Shown: in pieces, positions 28,716-40,175 of the stretch
Position numbering within the stretch: the stretch's first letter is position 1
Layout of the letters: each line of letters starts with the position of its first letter
Source: Balanoglossus misakiensis
Lineage: Eukaryota; Animalia; Hemichordata
Length of the DNA: 64,000 bases
NCBI GenBank assembly: GCA_040954595.2
Contig: CM082581.2
Span: 9,155,878 to 9,219,877, forward strand
Direction of reading: 5' to 3'
Program-made: the position numbers and the translations under genes
Notes under the pieces: model-generated
The model's database searches: none
The model's input: only the letters and a program-made list of their open reading frames with translations
What the model was told of the DNA's origin: nothing

Positions 28716-29996
28716 ATGGAGAGTTGGGAATCTCTTGGAAACAGTTCTGACGTTGAGAACGGCTCGGATTACAATGGGCGTAGAGAACTACCGGGCGTGG
28801 CCTTGTTGCGGGATGTCGCTTGGTTACTCATTCCTCTCTACTCACTGGTCTTCGTGATCGGTTCGGTGGGCAACGCGCTGCTGGTCGGGACCGTTGTTCG
28901 TCACAAGAGCCTGCGGAACGTCACCAATTTCTTCATCGCCAACCTGGCTACCTCGGATTTCGTCATGTGCGTCTTCTGCATCCCTTGGAGCCTGGCGCAG
29001 AGCCTGATGGACGACTGGATCTTCGGCGAGCCCCTGTGCCGGATGCTGCCCATGGTGCAGGCGGTGTCCGTGTACGTGTCGGTGCTCTCGCACGTGGTCA
29101 TCGCCATCGACCGCTACTTCGCCATCATGCACCCGCTGAAGAGAAGGATGTCCATGCCGGCCTGCTGTGTGGTCATCGCCGTCACCTGGATTTTCAGCTT
29201 CTGTCTGGCGTCTCCAATAGCTGTGTACACCCATCAGTTCGACCTGCGCCTGTTTGGATTCGGCATAGTCTGTTTCGAGTTCTGGCCCGCCCGGTCACGT
29301 CGGCTCATTTACAGCTTTTCCCTGCTTCTCATCCAGTATGTAATTCCCCTGATCGTCGTCACCGGTAGTTACAGGCGAATGTCGTTAAACCTTAATCGAC
29401 GGGTAGCCCCAGGGGTCATAACCGACGAGCAGGAGTACCGCGAGACGAGGCGGAAGCAGAGAACGAACAGGTTGCTCGTCGCCGTGGTGGCCAGCTTCGC
29501 CCTCTCGTGGCTGCCGTTCAACATCAACATGGTTCTGAGCGACACGGACGCCAACCTCGTCGACGAGAAGTTCTCCAGCGTCCTCTCGGCCTTCTGCCAC
29601 TTCATCGCCATGACCTCGACCTGCTACAACCCGTTCATCTACGCCTGGCTGCATCCGAACTTCCGCGAGAAGCTGAAAGACAACTTGCAGCGCTGCAGCT
29701 GCTGTTGCAGTCTACGAAGGAAGTCCCGCAGTCACGTGGCTAAGTTGCGTCCCAATTTCATTCAGCAGAGCAACCCCGCGTCTGCCGAGAGAAAATCTGC
29801 CGCTCTTTCAAGCGAGGATGTGGAGACGTTTCAGTCACCGGTGACCCAGGGTTCCTCGGACGCGTCGAGCAACCAGGCGCTCACTCGCCACTCTGCCGGG
29901 GAGCCAATTGTGCTAACCGTGGATGAATATCTCGGCGACAAATACACCAATCAAAAGAACATATATTTCTTCAAGGACACTGAAAGAAGGGTTTAA
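28716..29996 (+). CDS. Class A GPCR, prolactin-releasing peptide receptor-like / sNPF-NPY-type neuropeptide receptor (paralog A), intronless CDS, 426 aa
   Basis: Motifs: VGNALLV, NVTNFFIANLATSDFVMC, WIFGEPLC, Q3.32 (MVQAVSV), IAIDRY, CFEFWP (ECL2), SWLPFN...D6.59, and CHFIAMTSTCYNPFIYAWLH, which is typical of PrRPR/sNPFR TM7. N-terminal sequons NSS and NGS. A Cys cluster (CSCCC) follows helix 8. The start is placed at ATG 28716 (ACAATGG); the track's extra 38 residues from 28602 derive from low-complexity (TGT)n/(CAT)n and pyrimidine-rich sequence. Confidence 0.95.
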   Translation: MESWESLGNSSDVENGSDYNGRRELPGVALLRDVAWLLIPLYSLVFVIGSVGNALLVGTVVRHKSLRNVTNFFIANLATSDFVMCVFCIPWSLAQSLMDDWIFGEPLCRMLPMVQAVSVYVSVLSHVVIAIDRYFAIMHPLKRRMSMPACCVVIAVTWIFSFCLASPIAVYTHQFDLRLFGFGIVCFEFWPARSRRLIYSFSLLLIQYVIPLIVVTGSYRRMSLNLNRRVAPGVITDEQEYRETRRKQRTNRLLVAVVASFALSWLPFNINMVLSDTDANLVDEKFSSVLSAFCHFIAMTSTCYNPFIYAWLHPNFREKLKDNLQRCSCCCSLRRKSRSHVAKLRPNFIQQSNPASAERKSAALSSEDVETFQSPVTQGSSDASSNQALTRHSAGEPIVLTVDEYLGDKYTNQKNIYFFKDTERRV

Positions 29997-31185
29997 TTCC
30001 TCACAATAGTTTTTTTTCATTCCTTGTAAAAAGTTATTGTATTATCGATAGAGGGCAACTTTTATTTGTCGGAATTCGAACCGATTATATATAAACCATT
30101 TTCCTATGATATTACCCAACATTACATTTTCAGGTATGTACATTTTTACATAATTCTCGTATTTAACAAATTGATACATACATGACTTGACAACGGTTTC
30201 ATTTTTTGTATCTTTCATTGTAAAAACCAAATTAAATTTTTCTCAGAATACTGCAGAGATGGCGATATATTCCAGCGCGGTCCAGCTTATGCGACAGGCA
30301 TGTTCTCTTAAAATATGGCGTGCTAATTTTCACATAAAAATATATCTCGATGTGAGATGTGCGTGTTTTGAAACTTTATTACAACATGTATGTCTAGCAA
30401 ATACTTCAAAATTGTGTAATGTTGATTATATTAATGCCATATATGTTTTATTAAAGAACTTCTATTCGTAAAAGTACACAGTATAGCGTTTCGGTAATGC
30501 ACGCAAGGTAACCATTAGAATTGTCCCCCGGACTGTCTGACTGATGTTTGCTGTCAGTGAAAGGTACTGGTTTTGAAATATAGACGCTCACGTTGGTGGC
30601 GCTTGTCTAGTATTCCCTTTTTGGTCAAATCTATTGCCGACATTGAAAAAAAAAAGATTTTTACGAAACGTGTCTGATGGCGCTACAACTACCGACCGTA
30701 ATACCTTCGACAGTTTTCGGGATCGATCGTACACATACACCTGATAAATACAGAATAGCGCCCTCAATAACTTCTATAATGGTTCGTGCTGAAAGTCGAA
30801 CAGCAGTTACCTTCGATATCCACCAATGTTTATTTTTATCCCCATCCTTCCCCCAAGATACCATTTGCGTTGGCGTCATTTTGTCCACATGTGAATCCTC
30901 GCCAGCGTATTCTTGTGTCACGTTCTTCGTTGACGTCACACATGTTCACACGTTAGGGGAACATCGATCAACGCAGACACGAACGCTGCAGCGAGCGTGT
31001 TCAAACGAAAAATATGCAGGTGGCGTGTGGGTGTGTAGACCTGCGATATGCAAACTCCTTACAACCCCCCTAGCCCCCGGAGAAAACGACAATGGCACAG
31101 CTGTCAGACGTGGAGACGTTGCCTGAGATCTGCAAACACTTTTAAAATTCCCGATTATTTTTTCCGTTGTTCTTAATTCATTTAT

Positions 31186-31216
31186 ATAATTATATAATAT
31201 AATAATAATATAATAA
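31186..31216. repeat. (TAA)n / AT-rich short microsatellite
   Basis: tataattatataatataataataatataataaa. Confidence 0.7.
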
Positions 31217-34200
31217 AGAGACTTATATACGCTAGAAATAGTTGCTATATTAAAATGAGCACATTTCGGCTCTTATATAGTTATTTAGATGCTTGACTAT
31301 GCAAAACACCTGGAAGTATAGAGCAAGGAATCGTGATTTGGAAGTAACATCTTGACGTTCGTTTCATGGCAATGAACCCACTCTCGATTTGACGTCATTG
31401 AACGCATTTCTCGCATTGGCACAGATTAGGTTTTGAGTTTCCTTACAAGCAATTCCAATTCTCGAAGAGGTAGCAATTATTTGATGCCGCATCGTGTTGA
31501 CCCCAATGTTTGGAGGTCCTGGTGAATTGCTTCGCTGGAGAATCTGCAGATTCGGTACTTTTCCCCCGTGATTGTTGGTCTTCAGATTTAAAGGTTGGAT
31601 GCTTGGCCTTTTCAAACTGTATTCATTAGGGCCGTGTACCTATCAATTGTGATAAAGACGCGGATGGGTCTTCAATAATTGTCACAACTTTAATTCTTTG
31701 GATTGAGCATTCAGTATTTGCTTAAACGTTCTCTTTCACACGCTTGAGAGCTTATATAGAAGATAGTTACATCTTTCACGCGCATTTTTCTGGCTATTAC
31801 TACTCTAGTTTCGGTACACGTTGGATGTAACCTTTATAGACGGTGAAACCGTGTTCTTTTCCCCTTGATGTTTGACCTTGAATGTCGGAAATCCCAAAGA
31901 TATTGATTTCACTTATTAGGATCAGTATTGGAAACGTGGCGGCAAAGTCCCCTGGGGGAACGTTTAGTCATTTCGAAATGGCAAAGTGGGAGCGCAGAAA
32001 ATTGGGGTCGTTCTATCGCGTCATTGGTGACAATTGCGCAGCCCACCAACCTCCTCGTTCACGCCGTCGTTGTCACGATTTTCGGGGTTGTTGCTAAAAG
32101 TGGACAATATCACAGTCGCTAGTCGATCAGAGATATTCATTTCACAAGATCTATGTTCTATGTGAATAAAGTAGCGCACCCAAAATATTGAAGACCTATT
32201 TAAACATATATTTTTATACATGTATATCAACAATGTTGCGCCCAAATATTTAACCCTGCCCTGTTAAGTTTGATAACGATATGAAGCTGTTTGTTCCTAT
32301 GATTGTTTTTGGTTTATTTTCTTATACATATACCTGTCATTGCTGAAATATAAAATTTCCCCGCGGCTGTAGGTTCTTAGAAATGGGCTTGGCTCAAAAT
32401 AATCAATAAAGCGTTAACGCATGGCTCACTTCTGATGCCTTGTGGACAGCACTGGCTATAGTACTTTTCAATAGGTGTTCACGAATTCAGAGAGTCGATA
32501 TAAAATAATGAAACCCCGAGAGGTGACATTCAACTAGGAAAGAAGTGCTCTACACATGCAAAGCACCTGCATAAAATTTCATTAGGCATGCGGTTGAACG
32601 ATGAAGATTATCTGGAGGGCATCTCAAAAGCGTGTTTCCTGTATATTTCCTGATATTGTCGAGGCAATCCTCGGACACTTTTTCTCGCGGCAGAGAAACC
32701 AATTTTGCGGCACATATACATAATAACCAGGAATTGGCGAGTTCATTGATTCCCTCCTAAGTTATAATGGCCCGTCCCTCAAAAGATCGAACTCATACAT
32801 GTATACGTGTTGATCTGGCCTGGGTTAACACTGTACCAGTTTACACTTATCATTGCGATCAAATCATAAAGGCGGATTTGCTCGGTAATCTGCCACACTG
32901 CGATTGAAGTGCCGCGGTATTTTCTTGTGGACCCGGGACTCAACTCTGAGTGCGTTTCTTACATTAATTGGGATCGATTTTAATGCAGGCAGCAACGAGG
33001 GTCAGCAGCATACTGATTAAACATATGATTCGCCAAGATCCCCAAAGGCTTTAACGATTGACGTTAGTAATCGCTCCTATACCACGGGTTTTCGTCTATG
33101 TCAAATTGTCCGTTTTAAAACACTAAGAGATTTGTGCGATTGCCGTGACCGACAACAATACAAATCATTCAATGTAAAAGGGACTTACAATACGAAAAAC
33201 TGCATCATAAGTTATTCATCTTACTCACTGGAGGTTGAAAGTGTCTGCCAGTGGTAGGACAATAAACAATTTCCTGGGGTGCAGAACTTCCGGCATCACC
33301 GTATGTTGACTCTAAATTATCCGTCTATTCTAAAATGTTGCATTTGTGCCAGGCTTGACTGGGGTCAGTCTGAGAATATCTGGGTAACGCTGCTCCAGAA
33401 ATGAAAAATCTTGAAACAAAATGGCTGCCAGGAGGCCATAGTTGATCGTATCACGAAACATATTGACAGCGTTTCTAGGCCACGGTTCATGTTGCCAAGC
33501 TTCAATGAAATCGCTTCGGGTATGACTGAGTAATGACAGGTGGGTGGGTGGGTGGTTGGGTGAGGCGTACGGACGAAACCCAATTTTAAAATCATTTTAA
33601 GATGCGTACTCATGATTAACAGGTACATTTAACTTCGAACAACGTGTACAGTTTGCCAGTGTGCAAAATGAAAGACCAGACATTTCACGAATATTTGGGG
33701 ATCCGAAGCATCGACGGGTAATCTACAACATGAGGTAAGTGGTACATGTATACATAATTATAGCGCAATAGACCGAACAAGACGAAACAATGTTTTCCTT
33801 TATTCACATTCCTTCGTGAACTTGATCTTTTGACAGGTTTCAGACCAATACCCTATGACGCTCACGTGGCACTCACCGTTTCATATAAACACGGCGCAAT
33901 GCCATTTCATAAAATTAAAACAGTGTAATATCATACACCATCACTTAAGTCCTGAAAGTACACTGCAATTGAGACGTATTCTCCGAAGCCAATCTTTCGG
34001 GTCGAGCTGCTTATCTAATCACAGGAGAAACAATTACTCTGGCACTTTCCCCCATGATAACCTTCCATTGATTAAAACATCAACCGGTGTGATAAAGACG
34101 GCGGAGATTCGCATTTGCAGGTCACTTACCGTCAGAAATAAAAAGGATAGTTTACAATGTTTTCAATCGTTTTAGGCAGTCCCAGTCGAGGCCATTTGAC

Positions 34201-37138
34201 CTCTGCCCTTGTAAACATTGGCTGCCAGTGCAAGAGAATGGAAATTAGCACATCACATACCGACAAACGAATCACAAACAACCGCGTGAATTTGCAAACG
34301 GTGAAAATGGAAGTAGTATTTACCTCGGTAATGCTGTCCACCACCGAAGCTCTCTACGATTCAAAATCGAGGCTCTGGTGTGCCTGTTTAATCACATTCC
34401 GGCGGAGATCTTTACTGATAAAATTTCCTCCGAGGGTTTATGTGCAGGTGTGAACGTTTCAATTATGCTCAATGTGTTTTGCACCACGACGAACGTGGCA
34501 CTATTGGTAACGATTATAAAAGTACATGTAGCCGACTTATATAGGGTTCAATATCTGAGGTTTGTAAAAGCCACCTCCTTCGTGAACCCCGATTGCACAT
34601 TGTATATAGCTACAGTCGACTATCGTTTCAGTGCGGGCATGCGCTTAACCTCGTTTTGTTGAACCGATTTGAAAACAAGAATCGTGTTTTCTGAGAATTG
34701 CAATCTAAATGTGGCGTGTGTCGTGAACGTACAACTGTGGCACCCGTGAGGTACTAACAAACTCACGAGGTGTAAATTGCCTTCTCCAAAGGTCACCTTC
34801 AACTGCACAACCCCAAATGAGATTTCGCGTCCCAGGTGTACACGAGGGAAAACACATCGCAAGTGGCGGCAAAACGAGCCTGACCACAACACTTCAACCG
34901 ACCAAACAACAATCGAAATTAGGAAATCGTCTATTTTCAATCGGAAGTCGGTCGCTCTGAATAGATAAGAGATGGAGATAAATACCTGTAATTATCAGGG
35001 TCCGTGCAAATTACGTTGTTAGTGTGATAATAAGTCCTTTCTTCACAGCTGCTGCGTTCCTTTGATGGGGGACCTACCACTATGGTCGGCCCATGCTTTG
35101 ATTAACTAATTGACACTTCTGGAAGAACATATCAATGGAGTAACATCTGTTCTACAAGTGCAAAAATAATGACTACTTTTTCCCCGCGTTATTGTGTACA
35201 GGGCCAAAGGGAGAAAAACGTTTCCTCGTGCAGTGGCACAAACACTTCGACAATTCGCCCACTATCTCTTTTACCGGAAAGGGCTGTCAGCAATTTTATT
35301 ACTTTTGGACAGAAATTGGCACTTTTCGACGATAGCGCGTTGTCTCAGCTGGCAAACTGCACACATCGTCAGTCAGTCTGTCTATCCGACCGACTGCATT
35401 TCTGTCTGCTGGCAAAAACATTTCCCAAACTAGAGCGCCAAGGAAAGTTGGCCATTTTCTTATGTAGCCCAGACACGTTTGCCAATCTACCAATCTACAT
35501 CTTTGAGATTGATTTGATGCTTTTATTAATAGTCACACATATTGCTATATTTTGTCGAAAGTGTATCAGCACGAGGCGTAATGTACTCTCACACATTTGT
35601 CAGTTCTGGTCCGAATTGCAAAGCAGTGATTGGTGCTACTTATACTGGACCCATTCTCAGCAAATGCAAGACCATGCATCTCGATCACTTGAAATGTTGC
35701 TCGTCCACAGCCATGGGCATCGGATGAAACCAACTGAAACCGAATGGGACAAGTCCATGTACTCTAAATGGACCAGTAATGCGGTTTTGTTCTACTGGGA
35801 ATACAGCATTCCCGAGTCATCCTAAATGGATCAAGCACCGATATAGCATTCTCATGTCACTTTAATAAACTTTAAATAAGCAGTGGGCTTATTTTCCAGC
35901 TTGTTTGGGTGACTATATGAACCACATCGATGGCCGTGCAACAACTCAGCCTACTGCTGATGATTTATTACGTCAGCTCATCTTATAATGTATTTTGCAA
36001 AGGTGGAAAATTGTCTACTCAAATACGAATGGTCTTGTTTTTGTACGAGAATTCTCCGCGTCAGGATTTTCGGCCAGATGCTATTTACGAAGATAGGTAC
36101 ACCATGGACAGCTAGACCTGAAGGCTTGATATGAAACGACACATGGATCTGTCATCCTCTTTCAACATTGTGCCCTCAGTGATTGAAGCGCCTTAACTTA
36201 TTCTGTCAGAAAGTTCCATTACTTTGAAAATAATGCATCGGGATCTCAGGCGCTTAAATTCTGGCTCGCGCGGTCTACAACATGGCATGCAAAACCTCAC
36301 GGTTTAGAATTTTAATCCTGCGTGTACTTTAACGCGGGCGATGACCTGTGCAAAAAGTTTGCTCTGTTCGTCACCACCGTCGGTCACGTTTACTTCCGCC
36401 ATTCAAAAAAACTTATTTGTAGGCAAAAGGGCCTCTATACCGGACAAGGCATGGTTAGTGCTGAGACCTCGCGTGTCTCTTTGGCGTGTGAGTAGTCTCG
36501 GTGAAATGTCAAATTGTCCGGAATCGCGCAGAGATGTGGGCGCATGATGCCTGCCGGGTGAACGGTCGCCATCGCTGACCCAGTTTGGCAATTTAATAGG
36601 GATTGGCAATTGATGATAACGACGCCATTTCCTTTAAAGTACCGTTTTCACCACAAGTCTCATTACTTCAACTGTCGAGAGGTACGTAATTGTGATACTG
36701 TAACCAGCGCATGGGACTACATTCTCCGGCGTAAGGAGACCACTTACCATCTTTGATTGCGGACAAATGACTACCTGCCTTGGAGCACAATTGTTTAGGT
36801 CGAGACGATTACGGGCAAATTGATATTTTGTTCTATATACCCAAAGTTTTATGTCTGCTCCGTCCAACTACCATGCATGTGTGACTGATCTACCTTCCAT
36901 AAATCCATGTTGAACTCACCCTAGCGCCAATCTATCACGCAGATGTCTTTTTGCTATCCAAATCGATATTAAAGTGTTTGTTATCTGAAGAGAAAGGGTA
37001 ATGGCCTGGGAGTTTCCATGCGTCTATTTGTATCAATATAATCAAATGCCAATTCAGTCATCTGCCTTTTCATCCCAGTGACTGACCAAATGACTATACT
37101 GACGTCAATATATCGATCAGCAAACCAATCGACCGATT

Positions 37139-37174
37139 AATCAATCAATCAATCAATCAATCAGTCAGTCAGTC
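37139..37174. repeat. Compound (AATC)n-(AGTC)n microsatellite
   Basis: aatcaatcaatc... grading into agtcagtcagtc. Confidence 0.85.
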
Positions 37175-38714
37175 GAGCGAGAAAGCAAGCACTCTCTCAC
37201 TTTATCAAAATCTGACCAGTAAACAACATATGAAATAACAGTTCATCCACCTGAATATAAGAAAAACGCCTCATATTGTAGCATTATGAATGTCACATAT
37301 ATTTTTGACCCAACCTCATAGCAAACCATTCCCACTTGGTGGTCTGGCGGACAGGCCAATTTGTGGCACGAATACGATAACCACTGTCATGATCTCTACA
37401 TTTTTGGTAATCAAATCTATAGTTATTTTTATTAAACGTATGCGAGCCATTGCAAATTGCTATCTGGTGTCGTTACGAATACCGGAGTCAGGTATAAAAT
37501 ATTCTGTACATTGACATTGAACTGTCGTGGCCCTGTGCAATATGCGCGGCATATTAAGAATGTGGAATATTATGTGCTCATGCGCACATAGTGGCTTTCA
37601 CAGTGTCAGTCAGATGCGTTTTATGCCTATGTATAGACAGGCAGCAGTCATGGACTGATTTTTGTGACACCCAGATTGGGATGCGCGAGACGCTGAAAGA
37701 ATTACACAGTTGTTTTCTCACGTCAGCGTCTGCCAGACGCAATCATATCAAATGCCAGGTAAACTTAGACGCTTGTCAGCGCGCTTGTGGCCACGGTGGC
37801 AATTATACCAACATTAAATTTGATTTGCGTGTTGTGACGAGGCGCTCACCAATGCGCGACTACACCGCAAATAAACGCGTAACCAAGACGTCTCCACGAC
37901 ACCTAACACTTCTTACCACCCGTGCGTTAGTATCAACAGGCAATCTTCGTCTAACTTGTCAAAGACCTGATTTCTAATTTCCGGATTTTTCATGTCAAAG
38001 AAGTGCAAGTCCATCAGTATCTACGAAACGCAGATAAACAAGGATTACCGTTTGATGTGCGGTTCCTGTTTTCTGCGGCCTTCGGTCAGAGACAGTGAGA
38101 CTAATCTAGTGTTACTTTTTGGATATATTTTTATATGCTGATTATATAATTTTCAAAAACAGTCGAGAATACGTTATAAAGCATGTGTGAACAAACCATA
38201 TAACCTATCCGCTCGCGCTCTGTATAGTTAGCAAAAATTACTTCCTCTATACTGTGGCACAGTTAGGCAAGAATATTAGATCTCCATTGGGTTTGTGACA
38301 TACAAAGGCAGGTAACACAGTAAACCCATGGACATGTACATGTACATTTGTATTTACATATATACATTGTACACATACATACATTTTCTCTAGAAAAAAA
38401 AATCTTGATGTAAAGCCATAATATTACGTACTGCACGACTGTAAATATTCATTTCTGCAAAATCATCTACTAAAACTGTTTTATCCGTAAATCCAGCGTC
38501 CGCAATAATTAATGACTTCTTGAATAAAATGTACATGATTATTTCTGGGAGATTAACGCTCATTGTGCAAACTCGAATGTTTTTTTGTAATTATATGTTC
38601 CTGGGAAGATTTGGCGCACGCCACCAAATGCTCGGTTGCCATGGAAGTTTAGTTATGGCAGACATCAGCGAGGCACTGATAGGCATATTTAAATAGATTT
38701 GTTGACAGACTCGG

Positions 38715-38760
38715 TTTATATAGCACCACGCAGAGCTCACACTGTTGAGCCTTTACTTTC
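38715..38760 (+). promoter_or_regulatory. Candidate core promoter of PrRPR-like paralog B (TATA-like box plus Inr-like element)
   Basis: TTTATATAG at 38715-38723, then a YYANWYY-like TTACTTT at 38753-38759, followed by a GC-richer leader of about 250 nt up to ATG 39009. Confidence 0.3.
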
Positions 38761-39008
38761 CACTCTCGCCGACGTATGCTGCTCAAGAGAGAGGGAGACA
38801 AGTCCATGTATAAGTGGTGATGTCAGACACCTTCGCGGGTTCAGACTTCGTGAGAGATATTAGGTAAAGACCATCTCGCCGAGGATTCGTCGGTATAGGT
38901 TCAACGCTGCGGAGTGTCCACGTCAGCCGTCGATCGGTGGATTTCTTGGCGGGCCAAGCAAAGACACCAGCGGAGGAACATAGGCAGAGGACCCGGCTTT
39001 AAAAAACG

Positions 39009-40175
39009 ATGGCGATACAGGCGTCCACGGAAAGCGGGTTTCTTAACTCCAGCTACAATTTCAGCTACGAGGACCAGGACTATGCCAACATCACAACCAC
39101 CCAAAACCCGTTTGCGGGGTTTCTCGCAGGACTGGAGATGGTGAGGAGGGTAGCTTGGCTTCTAATCATACTTTACTCGCTTGTATTTCTGATCGGCACC
39201 GTCGGGAACGCCCTGATTGTCGTCACGGTGGTGTGTAACAAATCGTTGCAGAATGTCACCAACTACTTCATTGCGAACCTGGCCGCGTCAGACTTTGTCA
39301 TGTGCCTGTTTTGCATCCCCTGGACCCTGGTGAAGACCCTCATGAACGACTGGATATTCGGCGAAGTCTTGTGCGCCACCGTGCCAACCATACAGGCCGT
39401 CTCCGTGTTCGTGTCCATCACTTCGCATGTCGTCATCGCGTGTGATAGATACTGTCTGATAATGTACCCTCTCAGACCCCGCTTGCCGAGACTTTTTTGT
39501 CTGGGAGTAATAATATTATCTTGGGTTCTAGCCATTGGCCTTGCGGTGCCCACCGCCTATTACACGCGCCAGTATGATTTGCGATGGGTTGGTTTCTTGA
39601 TAGTCTGCTTCGACAAGTGGCCAGCGAAAGACGCGAAACTCGCCTACACGCTTGTTCTGCTTTTTGCCGGGTACATCCTCCCGCTGATCATGATAGCGGT
39701 TGTGTATGCCAAAACCTCTTACCTGTTGACGAGGCGTGTATTACCCGGTGTGTTCACGCAGGACCAAGAGAGACGAGATCTGCAGAAAAAGCAGAAGACG
39801 AACCGCTTACTGATCGCCGTCGTGCTGACCTTTGCCATCTGCTGGGCCCCGCTGAACGTGGTGAACACTATCGGGATTATAAGTCCTCACGTCTTTGGCA
39901 GTGAACGCTACGACTTGATTTTCATCTTATGCCACTGGTTCGCGATCAGCTCGACGGTGTACAACCCTTTCGTCTACGCGTGGTTACACGAGAGATACCG
40001 CCACCGGTTGCAGTCCATATTTACTGCCCGCTGCCTGCGGAAGTCGTCGCTCTATCGCGCAAATAGCCGCGGTCCCCCAACCCAACTGCAGACGCGCGAT
40101 TTTTACTCGACCAATTCCCCTCGTTCTACTCGGTTCAGCTCTGTCAGGAGTTCAAAGGGACTTGATACGGTATAA
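39009..40175 (+). CDS. Class A GPCR, prolactin-releasing peptide receptor-like / sNPF-NPY-type neuropeptide receptor (paralog B), intronless CDS, 388 aa
   Basis: Motifs: VGNALIV, NVTNYFIANLAASDFVMC, WIFGEVLC, IQAVSV, ACDRY, CFDKWP, CWAPLN and CHWFAISSTVYNPFVYAWLH. ACGATGG Kozak context and sequons NSS, NFS, NIT. It aligns without difficulty to the 28716 receptor across TM1-TM7, including the unusual shared SHVVIA before DRY. Confidence 0.95.
   Translation: MAIQASTESGFLNSSYNFSYEDQDYANITTTQNPFAGFLAGLEMVRRVAWLLIILYSLVFLIGTVGNALIVVTVVCNKSLQNVTNYFIANLAASDFVMCLFCIPWTLVKTLMNDWIFGEVLCATVPTIQAVSVFVSITSHVVIACDRYCLIMYPLRPRLPRLFCLGVIILSWVLAIGLAVPTAYYTRQYDLRWVGFLIVCFDKWPAKDAKLAYTLVLLFAGYILPLIMIAVVYAKTSYLLTRRVLPGVFTQDQERRDLQKKQKTNRLLIAVVLTFAICWAPLNVVNTIGIISPHVFGSERYDLIFILCHWFAISSTVYNPFVYAWLHERYRHRLQSIFTARCLRKSSLYRANSRGPPTQLQTRDFYSTNSPRSTRFSSVRSSKGLDTV

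Noticed and set aside
35169-35825. 218-aa ORF, plus an overlapping SKCKTMHL reminiscent of a LINE reverse-transcriptase motif
   Set aside because: No recognisable domain or codon bias, and no other RT motifs nearby. Too short a match to support.
13212-38888. Shared 10-mer CCGAGGATTC in the leaders of the amine receptor (13212) and paralog B (38879)
   Set aside because: A single 10-bp match with no extension, not distinguishable from chance.
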